Source of the DNA: Dehalococcoidia bacterium
Lineage (GTDB): Bacteria > Chloroflexota > Dehalococcoidia > Lucifugimonadales > UBA3495
Length of the DNA stretch: 64,000 bases
Direction: 5' to 3'
Assembly (NCBI GenBank): GCA_965261795.1
Contig: OZ253476.1
Span: 2,002,099-2,066,098 of the forward strand
The number at the start of each line of letters is the position of its first letter. Within the stretch, counting starts at the first letter, position 1. Under the pieces are notes generated by a model. It was not told the DNA's origin. It worked only from the letters and a program-made list of their open reading frames with translations, and searched no databases. This document shows, piece by piece, positions 53,787 to 63,121 of this stretch. The translations under genes and the position numbers were made by a program.

Positions 53787-54652
53787 GCCCGGGTTGCGCC
53801 CACCGCAAGGTTGGACATCCATTTGCCCACCGCTTCCGACGCTTCGTACCGGCGGTTGGTAAGGGAGTGGTCGCCGCCTTCAATCACCGCGTAGTCCGCC
53901 CGCGGACTGTTCACTGCGGCAGTAGCAAGGTCCCGGTACATGTCCTTGAGGCGGGTATGGGTCTCCAATGAGCCTGCGATTACGTACAAAGGAACTTTGA
54001 TCTTGGGCGCGTGGGTGATCAGGTTGTAACGCTCGTTAACGCCGTGCTTGTCGAGGTAGGCCGCGGCGCTGAACATTTGAGGGATTGGAAACTTGACCGC
54101 CATCAAGTCAAGGGCTTTGTCCTCGGTTTCCAGCCGGTCAGCCCACTCTACTATGGACTGGAATTCGGCCGCGTCGTCGGAGGTCATGTAGTAGGAATAA
54201 GACAACCGCACTGGAGAGACGCATATCACGGCCTCTACCCGGTCGTCGTCTTCCATCGCGGCGTAGTAGGCCACTCTAACCGAACCCATGCTGTGGCCTA
54301 AAATAGCGATGTGGCGGTACCCCAGCGACCCCAAGTAGTCGATGCCGGCCCGCACGTCCATGCGGGTCTGGTCCAGGACCTCAAAGGCCAACCCCTGATA
54401 GGTCCCTTGGGCTTGGTCATACCAGACCGTGTCATGGGCGCGGGTGTTCAGCGCCAGGCCGGCATAGCCTTTTATGCTCAAGTCCTCGGCCATGTGCTTG
54501 GTCGATGGGGTGTAGAAATTTCCTTGCGATCCATGGATTACCAAGACTGCATCGACCGGCCCTTGCCTCAATGAGTCCGGCTGTGGCGCGAAGAAAGCCC
54601 CATCCAGCCTCATGCCGTCAGCGGTGGTTGTGCTCATCAGATCTACAAGCAT
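53783..54652 (-). CDS. alpha/beta hydrolase
   Basis: Nucleophile elbow ILGHSMGS, VLVIHGSQGNFY. ATG 54652 with AAGGAG 7 nt upstream. Confidence 0.75.
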   Translation of the reverse strand: MLVDLMSTTTADGMRLDGAFFAPQPDSLRQGPVDAVLVIHGSQGNFYTPSTKHMAEDLSIKGYAGLALNTRAHDTVWYDQAQGTYQGLAFEVLDQTRMDVRAGIDYLGSLGYRHIAILGHSMGSVRVAYYAAMEDDDRVEAVICVSPVRLSYSYYMTSDDAAEFQSIVEWADRLETEDKALDLMAVKFPIPQMFSAAAYLDKHGVNERYNLITHAPKIKVPLYVIAGSLETHTRLKDMYRDLATAAVNSPRADYAVIEGGDHSLTNRRYEASEAVGKWMSNLAVGATRA

Positions 54653-54683
54653 GTCGGGTCTCCTTGTCTTGTCTTGCGTCGGG

Positions 54684-54947
54684 CTAGAGTCCCACGGCAA
54701 TCGCCAAACTCAAGATTGCGGCCATGATGGTCACCCAACTCCCGCCGATAAGCAGATAAACGTTGTTGAACCTCCGGTCCACTTGATCAAACCGGGCGTT
54801 CATCTCGGATCGCAGGTTGTTCATATCCCCACATAGGTTGCTCATATCGCCGCGCAACGAGTCCATGGAGGCACTCAGATCACTGAGCCGGCCGTCAACC
54901 TGCTCATACGCCCCTTCCAGTTTGCTACCCCTTTGTTCCAACGCCAT
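54684..54947 (-). CDS. small C-terminally anchored coiled-coil protein related to 50822-51079
   Basis: LRGDMSNLCGDMNNLRSEMNARFDQVDRRFNN, then TM VYLLIGGSWVTIMAAILSLAIAVGL. Confidence 0.5.
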   Translation of the reverse strand: MALEQRGSKLEGAYEQVDGRLSDLSASMDSLRGDMSNLCGDMNNLRSEMNARFDQVDRRFNNVYLLIGGSWVTIMAAILSLAIAVGL

Positions 54948-55072
54948 AAGCTCCCTTCCTTGGGACTATAATACCACGCACTTGTGTGTCACACATGGGC
55001 CGTGATTTCGCTTCTATAGTCTCGGCAGGTGGACACCGTTACGGGAAACTTGGAAGCGCGAGAGCCATATTA

Positions 55073-55102
55073 TTGACATGGAAATCTGGCGTCAACTATA
55101 GT
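55073..55102 (+). promoter_or_regulatory. sigma-70-like promoter TTGACA-N18-TATAGT
   Basis: Consensus -35 at 55073-55078 and -10 at 55097-55102. About 190 nt upstream of trxB. Confidence 0.4.
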
Positions 55103-55296
55103 TGGCCCACGCTTAGGGGTCGTCCTGACAGGGTTGGTGATGGATTGGTGGTGGACGGGATGTCCCTCTGGCTCTCCTCCCCAGTGGAATCGCGCTAGTC
55201 CAGCCGATGCCCTGCGGGATTACATTACGTAATGGCTGCTTGTCTATATCTCGTTTTGATGGTTGCAGGCAACCGTAAAAAGAGGAGGCGCCTGTC

Positions 55297-56223
55297 TTGT
55301 TCCAAGACTACGACGTTTTGATTATCGGCGGCGGTCTTGCCGGTATGACCGCCGCGATGTACGCCAGCCAGTATGGTTTGAAGACCGGGTTGATAGAGCG
55401 GATGATGGGCGGCGCCCAGATCATAAACATTGAAAAAATCGAAAATTTCCCCGGATTCCCACAAGGGATATCCGGGGCCGAGTTGGCCCCCGCTGTGCAG
55501 GAACAAGCCATGAACGCCGGCGCCGAGTTCATCATGGGGGACGTGACGAGCATTTCCAGCGACGGCGATTACAAGCTGGTTTCCAGCGATGCCGGCGCGC
55601 ACCGCGCCAAGACAGTCATCATAGCGGCGGGCTCCACCTTACGGCAGTTGGGGATCCCCGGTGAGGAGGAACTGTTCGGTCGCGGAGTTTCCCACTGCGC
55701 CACTTGTGACGGGCCGTTGTATATGGGCCAGACTGTTGGCGTGGTCGGCGGCGGCGACTCCGCCGCGGACGAAGCTTTGACCCTGTCGGAATTCGCCAGC
55801 CACGTGATGTTGTTCCACCGGCGGGACCACTTAAGAGCTTACCCATCGTTGGTGGAACGGATGGCCCAGCGCAGGAACATCGAAGTAGTCTGGAACTCGG
55901 TGGTGGAAGAAGTTGAGGGCGCCCACACCGTTACGGGCGTCAAGGTGCGAAACGTGATTACCAACTTGGAGGGCAACATTAACCTGTCAGGACTGTTTGT
56001 CTACGTCGGGTTAGAACCCAGCTCAAGTCTAGTCAACGGTTTCCTCAAGGTGGACAACTCGGGCCACATACCGGTCAATCTTGGAATGGAGACCGAAGCG
56101 CCGGGAGTGTACGCTGTAGGGGACATCCGCCAACGGTCGGTTTCGCAGCTTGCCTCTGCCGTGGGAGATGGTGTTACCGCTGCCATCGGCGCATTCAATT
56201 ACGTGCGCAGCAAGAACTGGTAG
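55297..56223 (+). CDS. trxB: thioredoxin-disulfide reductase
   Basis: TTG start with GGAGG 8 nt upstream. YDVLIIGGGLAGMTAAMY, redox CATCDG, GGGDSAADEA. Confidence 0.92.
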   Translation: MFQDYDVLIIGGGLAGMTAAMYASQYGLKTGLIERMMGGAQIINIEKIENFPGFPQGISGAELAPAVQEQAMNAGAEFIMGDVTSISSDGDYKLVSSDAGAHRAKTVIIAAGSTLRQLGIPGEEELFGRGVSHCATCDGPLYMGQTVGVVGGGDSAADEALTLSEFASHVMLFHRRDHLRAYPSLVERMAQRRNIEVVWNSVVEEVEGAHTVTGVKVRNVITNLEGNINLSGLFVYVGLEPSSSLVNGFLKVDNSGHIPVNLGMETEAPGVYAVGDIRQRSVSQLASAVGDGVTAAIGAFNYVRSKNW

Positions 56224-56307
56224 GCCGGCAATCGCCTGCATCACCGCTTTGTTTGACATCGCGGCATTGGCAATTTATATTCGAGCCAAGGCGTCTTGGA
56301 GGTTGTT

Positions 56308-56670
56308 ATGGACCTTGTAGAGGAGCAATTGCGCAACAGCCGCACCATCGCGGTGGTGGGGCTTTCCGACAACCCGCAGCGGGACAGTCACCGGGTGTCC
56401 AAATACCTTCAGTCACAAGGTTACCGCATCATCCCTGTGAACCCAATGATCGAGGAGGCTTTAGGCGAGAAAAGCTACCCGGACCTGAAGTCCGTACCCG
56501 AACCCATTGATATGGTGGACATCTTCCGCCGGTCGGAATTGGTCCCCCCGGTGGTGGACGAGGCCATTGAAGTAGGGGCCAAGTACATCTGGATGCAGGA
56601 TGGCGTCGTCAACGAGGAGGCGGCCGCCAAGGCTGAAGCAGCCGGCATACCCGTTGTGATGGATGATTGA
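56308..56670 (+). CDS. CoA-binding domain protein (YccU-like)
   Basis: RTIAVVGLSDNPQRDSHRVSKYLQSQGYRIIPVNP. GGAGG 5 nt upstream of ATG 56308. Confidence 0.8.
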   Translation: MDLVEEQLRNSRTIAVVGLSDNPQRDSHRVSKYLQSQGYRIIPVNPMIEEALGEKSYPDLKSVPEPIDMVDIFRRSELVPPVVDEAIEVGAKYIWMQDGVVNEEAAAKAEAAGIPVVMDD

Positions 56671-56735
56671 ACCCTTCGGGTGCATCGCCGCCGGTTCGGC
56701 GGCCAGTAAGATACCGGACGAGGGACACTTGAGGA

Positions 56736-57179
56736 ATGACCACCCAAGAAGAGCTTTCCGTCCGATTGAAGTCCTTGGGTATCAGGGTGACGCCCCAAAG
56801 ACTTGCCATCACCGAGGTGGTCTTGAACTCGGGAGACCATCCATCGGCCAAGGAGATCTTTGAACGGGTAAAGGCCTTCTTTCCCTACGTTACCCTGGCT
56901 ACCGTGTACTCAACGCTGTACGTGCTGGAGCAGGGCGGGGTGGTTGCGGGGCTCGCATTCCAACGGCTGTCCCGCTACGACCCCAACCGTTCTCCCCACG
57001 CGAACCTGGTGTGCTTGGTCTGCGGCACGGTGGTGGACGCCGAAGTGGGACAGGAGTTGGTCTACGATCTCAAGACCTTGATAGAAGACGAGGCTGGGTT
57101 CACGGTTTCGTCGCAACGGGTGGACTTTTACGGCAGGTGTTCCGCTTGCGCCTTCACGCCCGCCCATGAAGATAGTTGA
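56736..57179 (+). CDS. Fur family transcriptional regulator (Fur/PerR/Zur not resolved)
   Basis: GIRVTPQRLAITEVVL...HPSAKEIFERV...LATVYSTLYVLEQGGVV, CLVCG...CSAC. Confidence 0.85.
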   Translation: MTTQEELSVRLKSLGIRVTPQRLAITEVVLNSGDHPSAKEIFERVKAFFPYVTLATVYSTLYVLEQGGVVAGLAFQRLSRYDPNRSPHANLVCLVCGTVVDAEVGQELVYDLKTLIEDEAGFTVSSQRVDFYGRCSACAFTPAHEDS

Positions 57180-57272
57180 CATAAGGTTGCTTAGCCAACT
57201 TGTTGGGTCCGCTAAGCCTAGCTTTACCGAGTACAGGAATTCGTCCCTTTTCAGACCGCCGATGGCACGCGC

Positions 57273-59210
57273 CTATAGATTAACGATGTCCACCGGCTCC
57301 AACGGCCCCGCCGCGTCGAATCCGAAAACCTGTGAGTAAAAGTACAATTCCCCGTCCAAGGTCCTTTTGATGTTCTCTGCCCTGCGGAACCCGTGCTGCT
57401 CCCCCTCAAAGGTCAAGTAAGCGGTTGGGATTCCCTTGGCCCGCACCGCGTCGAACATCTTCTCTGCTTGGTCAGGCGGGACTATCTTGTCCTCCAACCC
57501 TTGGAACAGGATCAGTGGGCAAGACAACTGGTCGGTGAATTGTATGGGTGAACGCTCATGGTACAGGTCCAGCCGCTGTGGATAGGGCCCGATGAGGCTG
57601 TCCAAGTAACGCGACTCGAACTTGTGGGTGTCCTTGGCCAAGGCTTCCAGGTCGCTCACTCCGTAGTAGCTGGCCCCCGCTTTGAACACGTCCCGGAAAG
57701 TCAGTGCGGCCAGTGTGGTGTATCCTCCGGCGCTGCCGCCGTCGATGGCCAACCTGTTCCCGTCCGCAAGGCCCCTTTCTACCAAGTAACGGGCGCCGTT
57801 AACGCAGTCGTCAACGTCGACAATGCCCCAACGCCCCTTGAGCCGTTCCCGGTACGCTCTTCCGTAGCCCGTGCTGCCGCCGTAGTTTACGTCCAGCACG
57901 GCGAAGCCGCGGCTGGTCCAGAATTGAATGGACAGGCTCAACGCAGTCGAGGCAGTGGAGGTGGGGCCTCCGTGGCTCTTGACCAGCAGCGGCGGTTTCT
58001 CGTCCGGTAGAGGCTGGTAGTCCCGGTTGGTGGGGGCGTAGTAAATCCCGTGAGCGGTCAGCCCGTCTTCAGTGGGAAACTCGATAGGTTGGGAGGCCGA
58101 CAGGTATCCAGGGTTGACGGCAGTGTCAGAGGACTTCCGCAACGAGTCCCATTCCAGGGAATCCAGGTCGATGCTGATCAGGGACATCGGTTGAGATGAC
58201 GCTCCGGCCTCCAAAACCACCCTCCCTCGTGAGGCCTTGATGTCGCCCCGGCCCATCTCGGTGAAAGGGATATCGATGGGTTCCAACTGTTTGGCATCGG
58301 TGTCTAATAGCGCAACATGCCACGCGCCGTTTGTTGCATAAGAACAAACGATACGCTGGTCAGTGTCAAACCCGTATGTCGACGTGCCGAAAGCCCATTG
58401 AGGCTTGCCGAACTCGGCTTCCATAGGCGCAAGGGCTTCCGCTGAGCCGTTCCGCCACCGGTACAGGTTCCACCATCCGGTGCGGTCGGAGACGAAATGA
58501 AGAACGCCGCCCGGAGACCATTCTGGCTGGAAAATCGACTCTTCCGTGTCTCCGGCCACCAGTTCCGCGTTGGCAACAGTCCCGTCGGCATCAAGATCGG
58601 CTACCCACAATTCAACGCCGTCCCAAGGCATATTAGGGTGGTCCCAGTTCAGCCATGCAAGCTTGTTCCCATCGGGACTTAGACGTGGCGACGAGTAGAA
58701 GTCGGCGCCTGAAACCAATACCGTTGCTTCCGTTCCGCCGCTTGTGGGAATACTCACCAGCGTGTTCACCGGCTCGCCGGAGGATATTTCGTGGTCCTCG
58801 CAGACGCAGATAATGCGCCCTCGTTGGGTGTCGACCACCATGTCGGCGTACCGTTTGTCTCCCGGTGGCGTGATGGGTTCGGGCGCTCCGTCCCGGTGTT
58901 GACGGTGCAACTGCTGGTCGTCAAAATTGGCGAAGTATACGGTCCCGTCGGCCACGGTGAACGCGCCGCCGCCGTACTCGTGCACTCTGGTGCGGGCGTT
59001 GAAAGGGGCGGGAGTTACGTCGGCGATTTGCCTGTCGGGGGTGCGGCGCACTATCACGTTGCGCCCGCTTTCCCGAGGCCTCATCTCCACCCAGTAGACG
59101 TCGTCCCCGTCCAAGGCTATCTGGCCCAGTGTGGTCGCGCCCGCCACTATCAAATCTGCGGTCACCGGGGACTGCCATGAGCCGTAGGGCGCCTTTTTGC
59201 CTCCTGGCAT
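57273..59210 (-). CDS. S9 family peptidase (prolyl oligopeptidase / acylaminoacyl peptidase-like)
   Basis: Beta-propeller N-terminal half, GGSAGGY nucleophile, C-terminal EGEQHGF. GGAGGT upstream of ATG 59210. Confidence 0.85.
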   Translation of the reverse strand: MPGGKKAPYGSWQSPVTADLIVAGATTLGQIALDGDDVYWVEMRPRESGRNVIVRRTPDRQIADVTPAPFNARTRVHEYGGGAFTVADGTVYFANFDDQQLHRQHRDGAPEPITPPGDKRYADMVVDTQRGRIICVCEDHEISSGEPVNTLVSIPTSGGTEATVLVSGADFYSSPRLSPDGNKLAWLNWDHPNMPWDGVELWVADLDADGTVANAELVAGDTEESIFQPEWSPGGVLHFVSDRTGWWNLYRWRNGSAEALAPMEAEFGKPQWAFGTSTYGFDTDQRIVCSYATNGAWHVALLDTDAKQLEPIDIPFTEMGRGDIKASRGRVVLEAGASSQPMSLISIDLDSLEWDSLRKSSDTAVNPGYLSASQPIEFPTEDGLTAHGIYYAPTNRDYQPLPDEKPPLLVKSHGGPTSTASTALSLSIQFWTSRGFAVLDVNYGGSTGYGRAYRERLKGRWGIVDVDDCVNGARYLVERGLADGNRLAIDGGSAGGYTTLAALTFRDVFKAGASYYGVSDLEALAKDTHKFESRYLDSLIGPYPQRLDLYHERSPIQFTDQLSCPLILFQGLEDKIVPPDQAEKMFDAVRAKGIPTAYLTFEGEQHGFRRAENIKRTLDGELYFYSQVFGFDAAGPLEPVDIVNL

Positions 59211-59379
59211 ACGTACCTCCATTGTCCCCCTCTCTTTGGGAAGAGGGCTAAGGTGAGGACTCTCCAACAGGTTCCCGTTGCACAAACAAGGCTCAAGGCC
59301 TGTTACTGCAGTAGCAGATTTGGATCGAAGCGTTTCATGCGGCGGTTGTTGCTACGACAAATTTCATGCCTGGCCACGT

Positions 59380-60598
59380 TCAGAAAAATCTCCCGTGTGA
59401 TTGCGCCCATTCGATGGGATCCCGGTTATTTTTGCTCTTGTTGCACTTGGAACAGAGAATTTCAACGTTTTCGATACAATGATACCCGGCGGGAGTACCA
59501 TCGCCTTTGGGTTTATATGGTTGGACATGATCCAGGTCGAAGCCTGTCCTTTTGAGGTTGGCTCCGCAAGACGGGCATCTCCATCTTTGCCTCTCCGCTA
59601 GGAAAGGCGTGGGCGGTACACAGCCGGGGCCGTGTTCGCATATCCGTCCGAGCTTTTTCGCTCGGTGACGGTGGTGAGTGCCGGAGTATTTCCGATACTT
59701 CTGCTTGCAACGCCGACAGTAGCCTTTAATTGGTTTGCCCTCGCATTTTGCGCAGGGCTTGAAATCGACACGAGTAATGTGAGAGCCGACTGCTTGGTTG
59801 AAGGCTGGTAGCGCGCCTGCGCAACCACTCTTCTGTATGCTCTGTCGCATTTATGGCAGTAATCTCGTCTCACTTTGTCAACACATTTATCACAGAGGAT
59901 GTGCCGGAAGCGGGTACGGCCCCGGCTCGGGTACGGCCCCGGCTGCGGAATTTCCTTTCCTTGTGGGGTTTGTATGGCCCGTTGTGGTGTCGGTATCTGG
60001 CTGTATAATAAGCTCGCCAGCGCTGACTGCATAGCTCGGTGAGTCCTTTGCCGTTACAGTCAATACAACGTGGAGCATCGAAGCTGGTTATTCCTTTGAG
60101 CGGGCTTGGGGTACCCGGCTTGGGTCCTCGCTTAATGCCCTTGGCCTTACTGGGCCGGTTGGATTTATGATTTTGGCACTGCAATTGCCGGAGCCTCTTT
60201 CCACATTCTGAACAAAGTTGGCGTTGAGGTTTATCGGCACATTCAGGGCACCTATCGAAGTTGTATTGGGACTTTCTCGCTCGCCCCTGATGTTGGGGGG
60301 AGTTGTAGTAGTTTCTGGTAGTTTTCCAATAGGACGTGAGGCAGTTGGCGCAGAGTTCCTTGATAGTCTTGCCGACGCAGCTTTCGCACCGTCCAAACTC
60401 GTACTGCGATTCGCCTGGCGTGGCGTCTTTGCGGATGTAGTCGGGGTTCTGATTGTCTTGGCGCATCCGGTTCAAGGTACGGCGGCAATCAGCGCAGTAT
60501 TGGCGTTCCGGTTTTCCGACGCAGTTTTCGCATCGGGGGAACTGGTACTTGGATTCGCCGCGTTTTCGGGATTGCTGTTTCGTATTGGCTTCAGACAT
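59380..60598 (-). pseudogene. HNH endonuclease preceded by six tandem CxxC...CxxC zinc-ribbon modules; frame broken twice
   Basis: Three successive frames carry CENCVGKPERQYCADC, CESCVGKTIKELCANC, CPECADKPQRQLCSEC, CIDCNGKGLTELCSQR / CDKCVDKVRRDYCHKC / CAKCEGKPIKGYCRRC, then the HNH CPSCGANL..DLDHVQP..NVEILCSKCNKSKN. Breaks are at 59911-59944 and between about 59790 and 59850. Confidence 0.6.
59911..59944. repeat. perfect 17-bp tandem duplication
   Basis: CGGGTACGGCCCCGGCT at 59911-59927 and 59928-59944. Deleting one copy joins ...FRSRGRTR to FRHILCDKC... in frame. Confidence 0.95.
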
Positions 60599-60867
60599 GA
60601 ATAGGCGTTCTTTTGTCAGCCTATTCCTGACGCTAACGCAGTTTGGCAGAAACAGCAAGTCCTAAGTGTCAGTAGACAACGTTGCAATTTAAGTCGTGTA
60701 CGTGCTTCCTGCACGTCATTGCCGAATTTACAGCGAGCTTTAACAATGGACGTTTCTGCCTTTCTCGCACACGCTCTTAGCCACAATTGGGGAGCTCCAA
60801 AACGCTGACGAGTTTGTGGTCTGAGTTTTCCATGACTGGGGAGAGCCGATACCGCTGTGTTCCAGAC

Positions 60868-61386
60868 TCACGGCTTGAGCGAGGTTATCCCGCCTGTTCT
60901 CGAGGCATACGGACAGCAATAGAGTACATTTGGGGCGACAAAGAGTGGAACAGATGAAACGTCACAAGCTGAAAGTCCAACAAGCCGCGGTCGGCACAGA
61001 GCCTCGTCCTTTGGGCGCGTGCTCGCGGTTGTAGTGGTGGTGGTTGCCGCAGTTGTTTTCGCGAGTGTATTACTCCGTGTGTTCTGAGCTTGCCGAAGGG
61101 CAAGGGCCGTTCGTTCGTCCTGAGCAGAGTTATGCCACGTCGGGGGCGCGCACGGTATCGGGGCACGTTCCAGCCGGTAACCGGGGGAGCCGGTACGGGT
61201 AACTCCGGGTCCACCGGAGCGGCTATAGTGGGTCAGTTTGTGGGTGAAGTTGACCACAGCAATACTGTGCGGGTCTCCGGAAGGCGCCTTTTCAACCAAT
61301 ATTCCTCGAACGAGTTCTTACCGCTTGCCGTCGTCTGGAATCATCATCAGTTCGTCGGCGGTAATCAATTTTCGCGCGGTGGTCAT
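60868..61386 (-). pseudogene. Uma2 family endonuclease, degraded tandem paralogue
   Basis: ATG 61386 gives MTTARKLITADELMMIPDDGKR, then TAA (61320-61318) where the intact copy has Tyr (GKRYEL). Continues ELVRGILVEKAPSGDPHSIAVVNFTHKL...GYRLERAP, then loses similarity and frame. Confidence 0.6.
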
Positions 61387-61452
61387 GATACGTTCACCGG
61401 CCTGGTTGGGATGAGCGCTTCTGCTGGCGGCATTGTAGTAAGGGGGCAGCCG

Positions 61453-62007
61453 TCATCTCCGCCGCCGGAACAGGCGCCAAACGGGAGTGGTAAAGCCGGG
61501 CAGCAGGTCGCCGCCGTCGAGAACGTCATCCTCGCCAAGCGTTACCGGCTCCGCGTTCAGGCAGTATACGGTGACGGTGGTTGCTGGTGGGTCGGCCACC
61601 CAGACCTGTTGGGAGCCGTAGCTGAGCCACATATACGCTTTGGCGGCCATTTCAGGGTACGAATTGCTGGGTGACTTGACCTCCACGGCCAGGTCGGGAG
61701 CCAGTTCGGGAAAGCCTTGAGTCACAGTCAGCCGGCCCGGCGCGAACCAGGCCACGTCTGGGCAGCGCACTGTGTCGGGGTCGCGGTCCAGCCGGTAGCC
61801 CGTTTCGGCGGTCAGAGTATATCCGTAATCGTTGGATATGGCGTAATGGGCCAAAGCGTAGTCAAAGAGGCTCGCTACGATCCCCTGGGGTTTTCCAGCA
61901 GGCATTTTTTCAACTAATACTCCCCGGATCAGCTCGTACCGCTTGCCGTCGCCCGTGGGCAGAGACAGTAGTTCGTCGGCGGTCATCAATTGGCGCGTAG
62001 TAGTCAT
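61453..62007 (-). CDS. Uma2 family endonuclease
   Basis: MTTTRQLMTADELLSLPTGDGKRYELIRGVLVEKMPAG...APDLAVEVKSPSNS... Confidence 0.8.
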   Translation of the reverse strand: MTTTRQLMTADELLSLPTGDGKRYELIRGVLVEKMPAGKPQGIVASLFDYALAHYAISNDYGYTLTAETGYRLDRDPDTVRCPDVAWFAPGRLTVTQGFPELAPDLAVEVKSPSNSYPEMAAKAYMWLSYGSQQVWVADPPATTVTVYCLNAEPVTLGEDDVLDGGDLLPGFTTPVWRLFRRRR

Positions 62008-62120
62008 GGGGCTTTCACCGGTCTGGTTAGGGTGGGGGTTGCCAATGATGGCATTGTAGCATGGGGTAACCGTCAGAGCGTGGGAGGAAATTCTCCGGGC
62101 GATGTACCAGCGGCCCACCC

Positions 62121-62936
62121 CTACCCAGGCGTCCAGCGCGGTGGTTCTATGCCGGTCAAAGTTTTGATACGGTCGGCGATGGCGTCCACCAGGTCTATCA
62201 CGGCTTCCAGAAGACCGGGAGGATCGTCCAGATTCACTCTGGCTCCTTCGTAGCGGTAGTCCACAGCGTATTTGGTCAGCCAGTCCAGGCTTTCGCCTGC
62301 CGGCGTATGGTTCTCGGCGGGGTGTTTGCGGACGATGGCGGCCAGCTCTCCCAAGTCGTGGATATTTCTGTACTCGTCATCCAAGGCCGAAATCCAGCCT
62401 TTGAGGGCGTTTTTCACTGCTTGCTGGGCATGGAAGCCGATGTCTTCCAACGGACTGTTTGTTGTGATGAGCGCAGTCATGGATACGATGTTGCGAGTGG
62501 CGACGATAAAGCGTTGCCGGATGTCCGGCCAGTTGGCAGGTTCCTCACTTGAGTTGGCCGGGAAATCGGCGGGACTGAAGTCTGCTTCACTCACGATTAC
62601 TCCGTCCCGGAGGGCTTGCCCGGCTACGTGGTTTCTCGCCCGGCGGCAGTAGGCGAACCTGCTTTTCTTGAAACGCAGCACGTCCACACCCACGCGGAGG
62701 TCGTACAATTCGTCGAGCTTCCGGTTGGCGGCCGCCCTGGCAGCGGCGTAGGTGGCGCGGTCGTCCGCATCGTCGCCGATGATGACCAGCAGGTCCACGT
62801 CGGAGTCATCGCGGTAGTCGCCCCTGGCGCGGGAACCGAACAGGATGACGGCCAGAGGCCGTATGGCATCGTATACGGCTTGGGCTACGGCGCGCGCCTT
62901 GGGGTCGTAACTTTGTTTGGCATGAACTTGTGTCAT
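62121..62936 (-). CDS. nucleotidyltransferase domain fused to HEPN-like domain protein (paralogue of 660-1457)
   Basis: VILFGSRARGDYRDDSDVDLLVI. HEPN-like AQQAVKNALKGWISALDDEYRNIHDLGELAAIV. Confidence 0.7.
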   Translation of the reverse strand: MTQVHAKQSYDPKARAVAQAVYDAIRPLAVILFGSRARGDYRDDSDVDLLVIIGDDADDRATYAAARAAANRKLDELYDLRVGVDVLRFKKSRFAYCRRARNHVAGQALRDGVIVSEADFSPADFPANSSEEPANWPDIRQRFIVATRNIVSMTALITTNSPLEDIGFHAQQAVKNALKGWISALDDEYRNIHDLGELAAIVRKHPAENHTPAGESLDWLTKYAVDYRYEGARVNLDDPPGLLEAVIDLVDAIADRIKTLTGIEPPRWTPG

Positions 62937-63121
62937 TACTCAAGGTTAGAGACGGCCGTATTTCATTGTCAATCGGTTAGGTCAATAATAACCGTTCAGA
63001 GTTGATGAGACGAGTTGGCCCAAAAGACGCCGTGTTGCTGAAAAACACTGGCGTACCGGGCGCGGTTATGGCATAAAAGGGTAATGGAAACAAGACTGAA
63101 CCTGAATAATCGGAGGACTGC

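Noticed and set aside
54986-55198. 70-aa ORF in the trxB upstream region
   Set aside because: It has no RBS, it spans the predicted promoter itself, and it shows no recognisable features. It is treated as non-coding leader.
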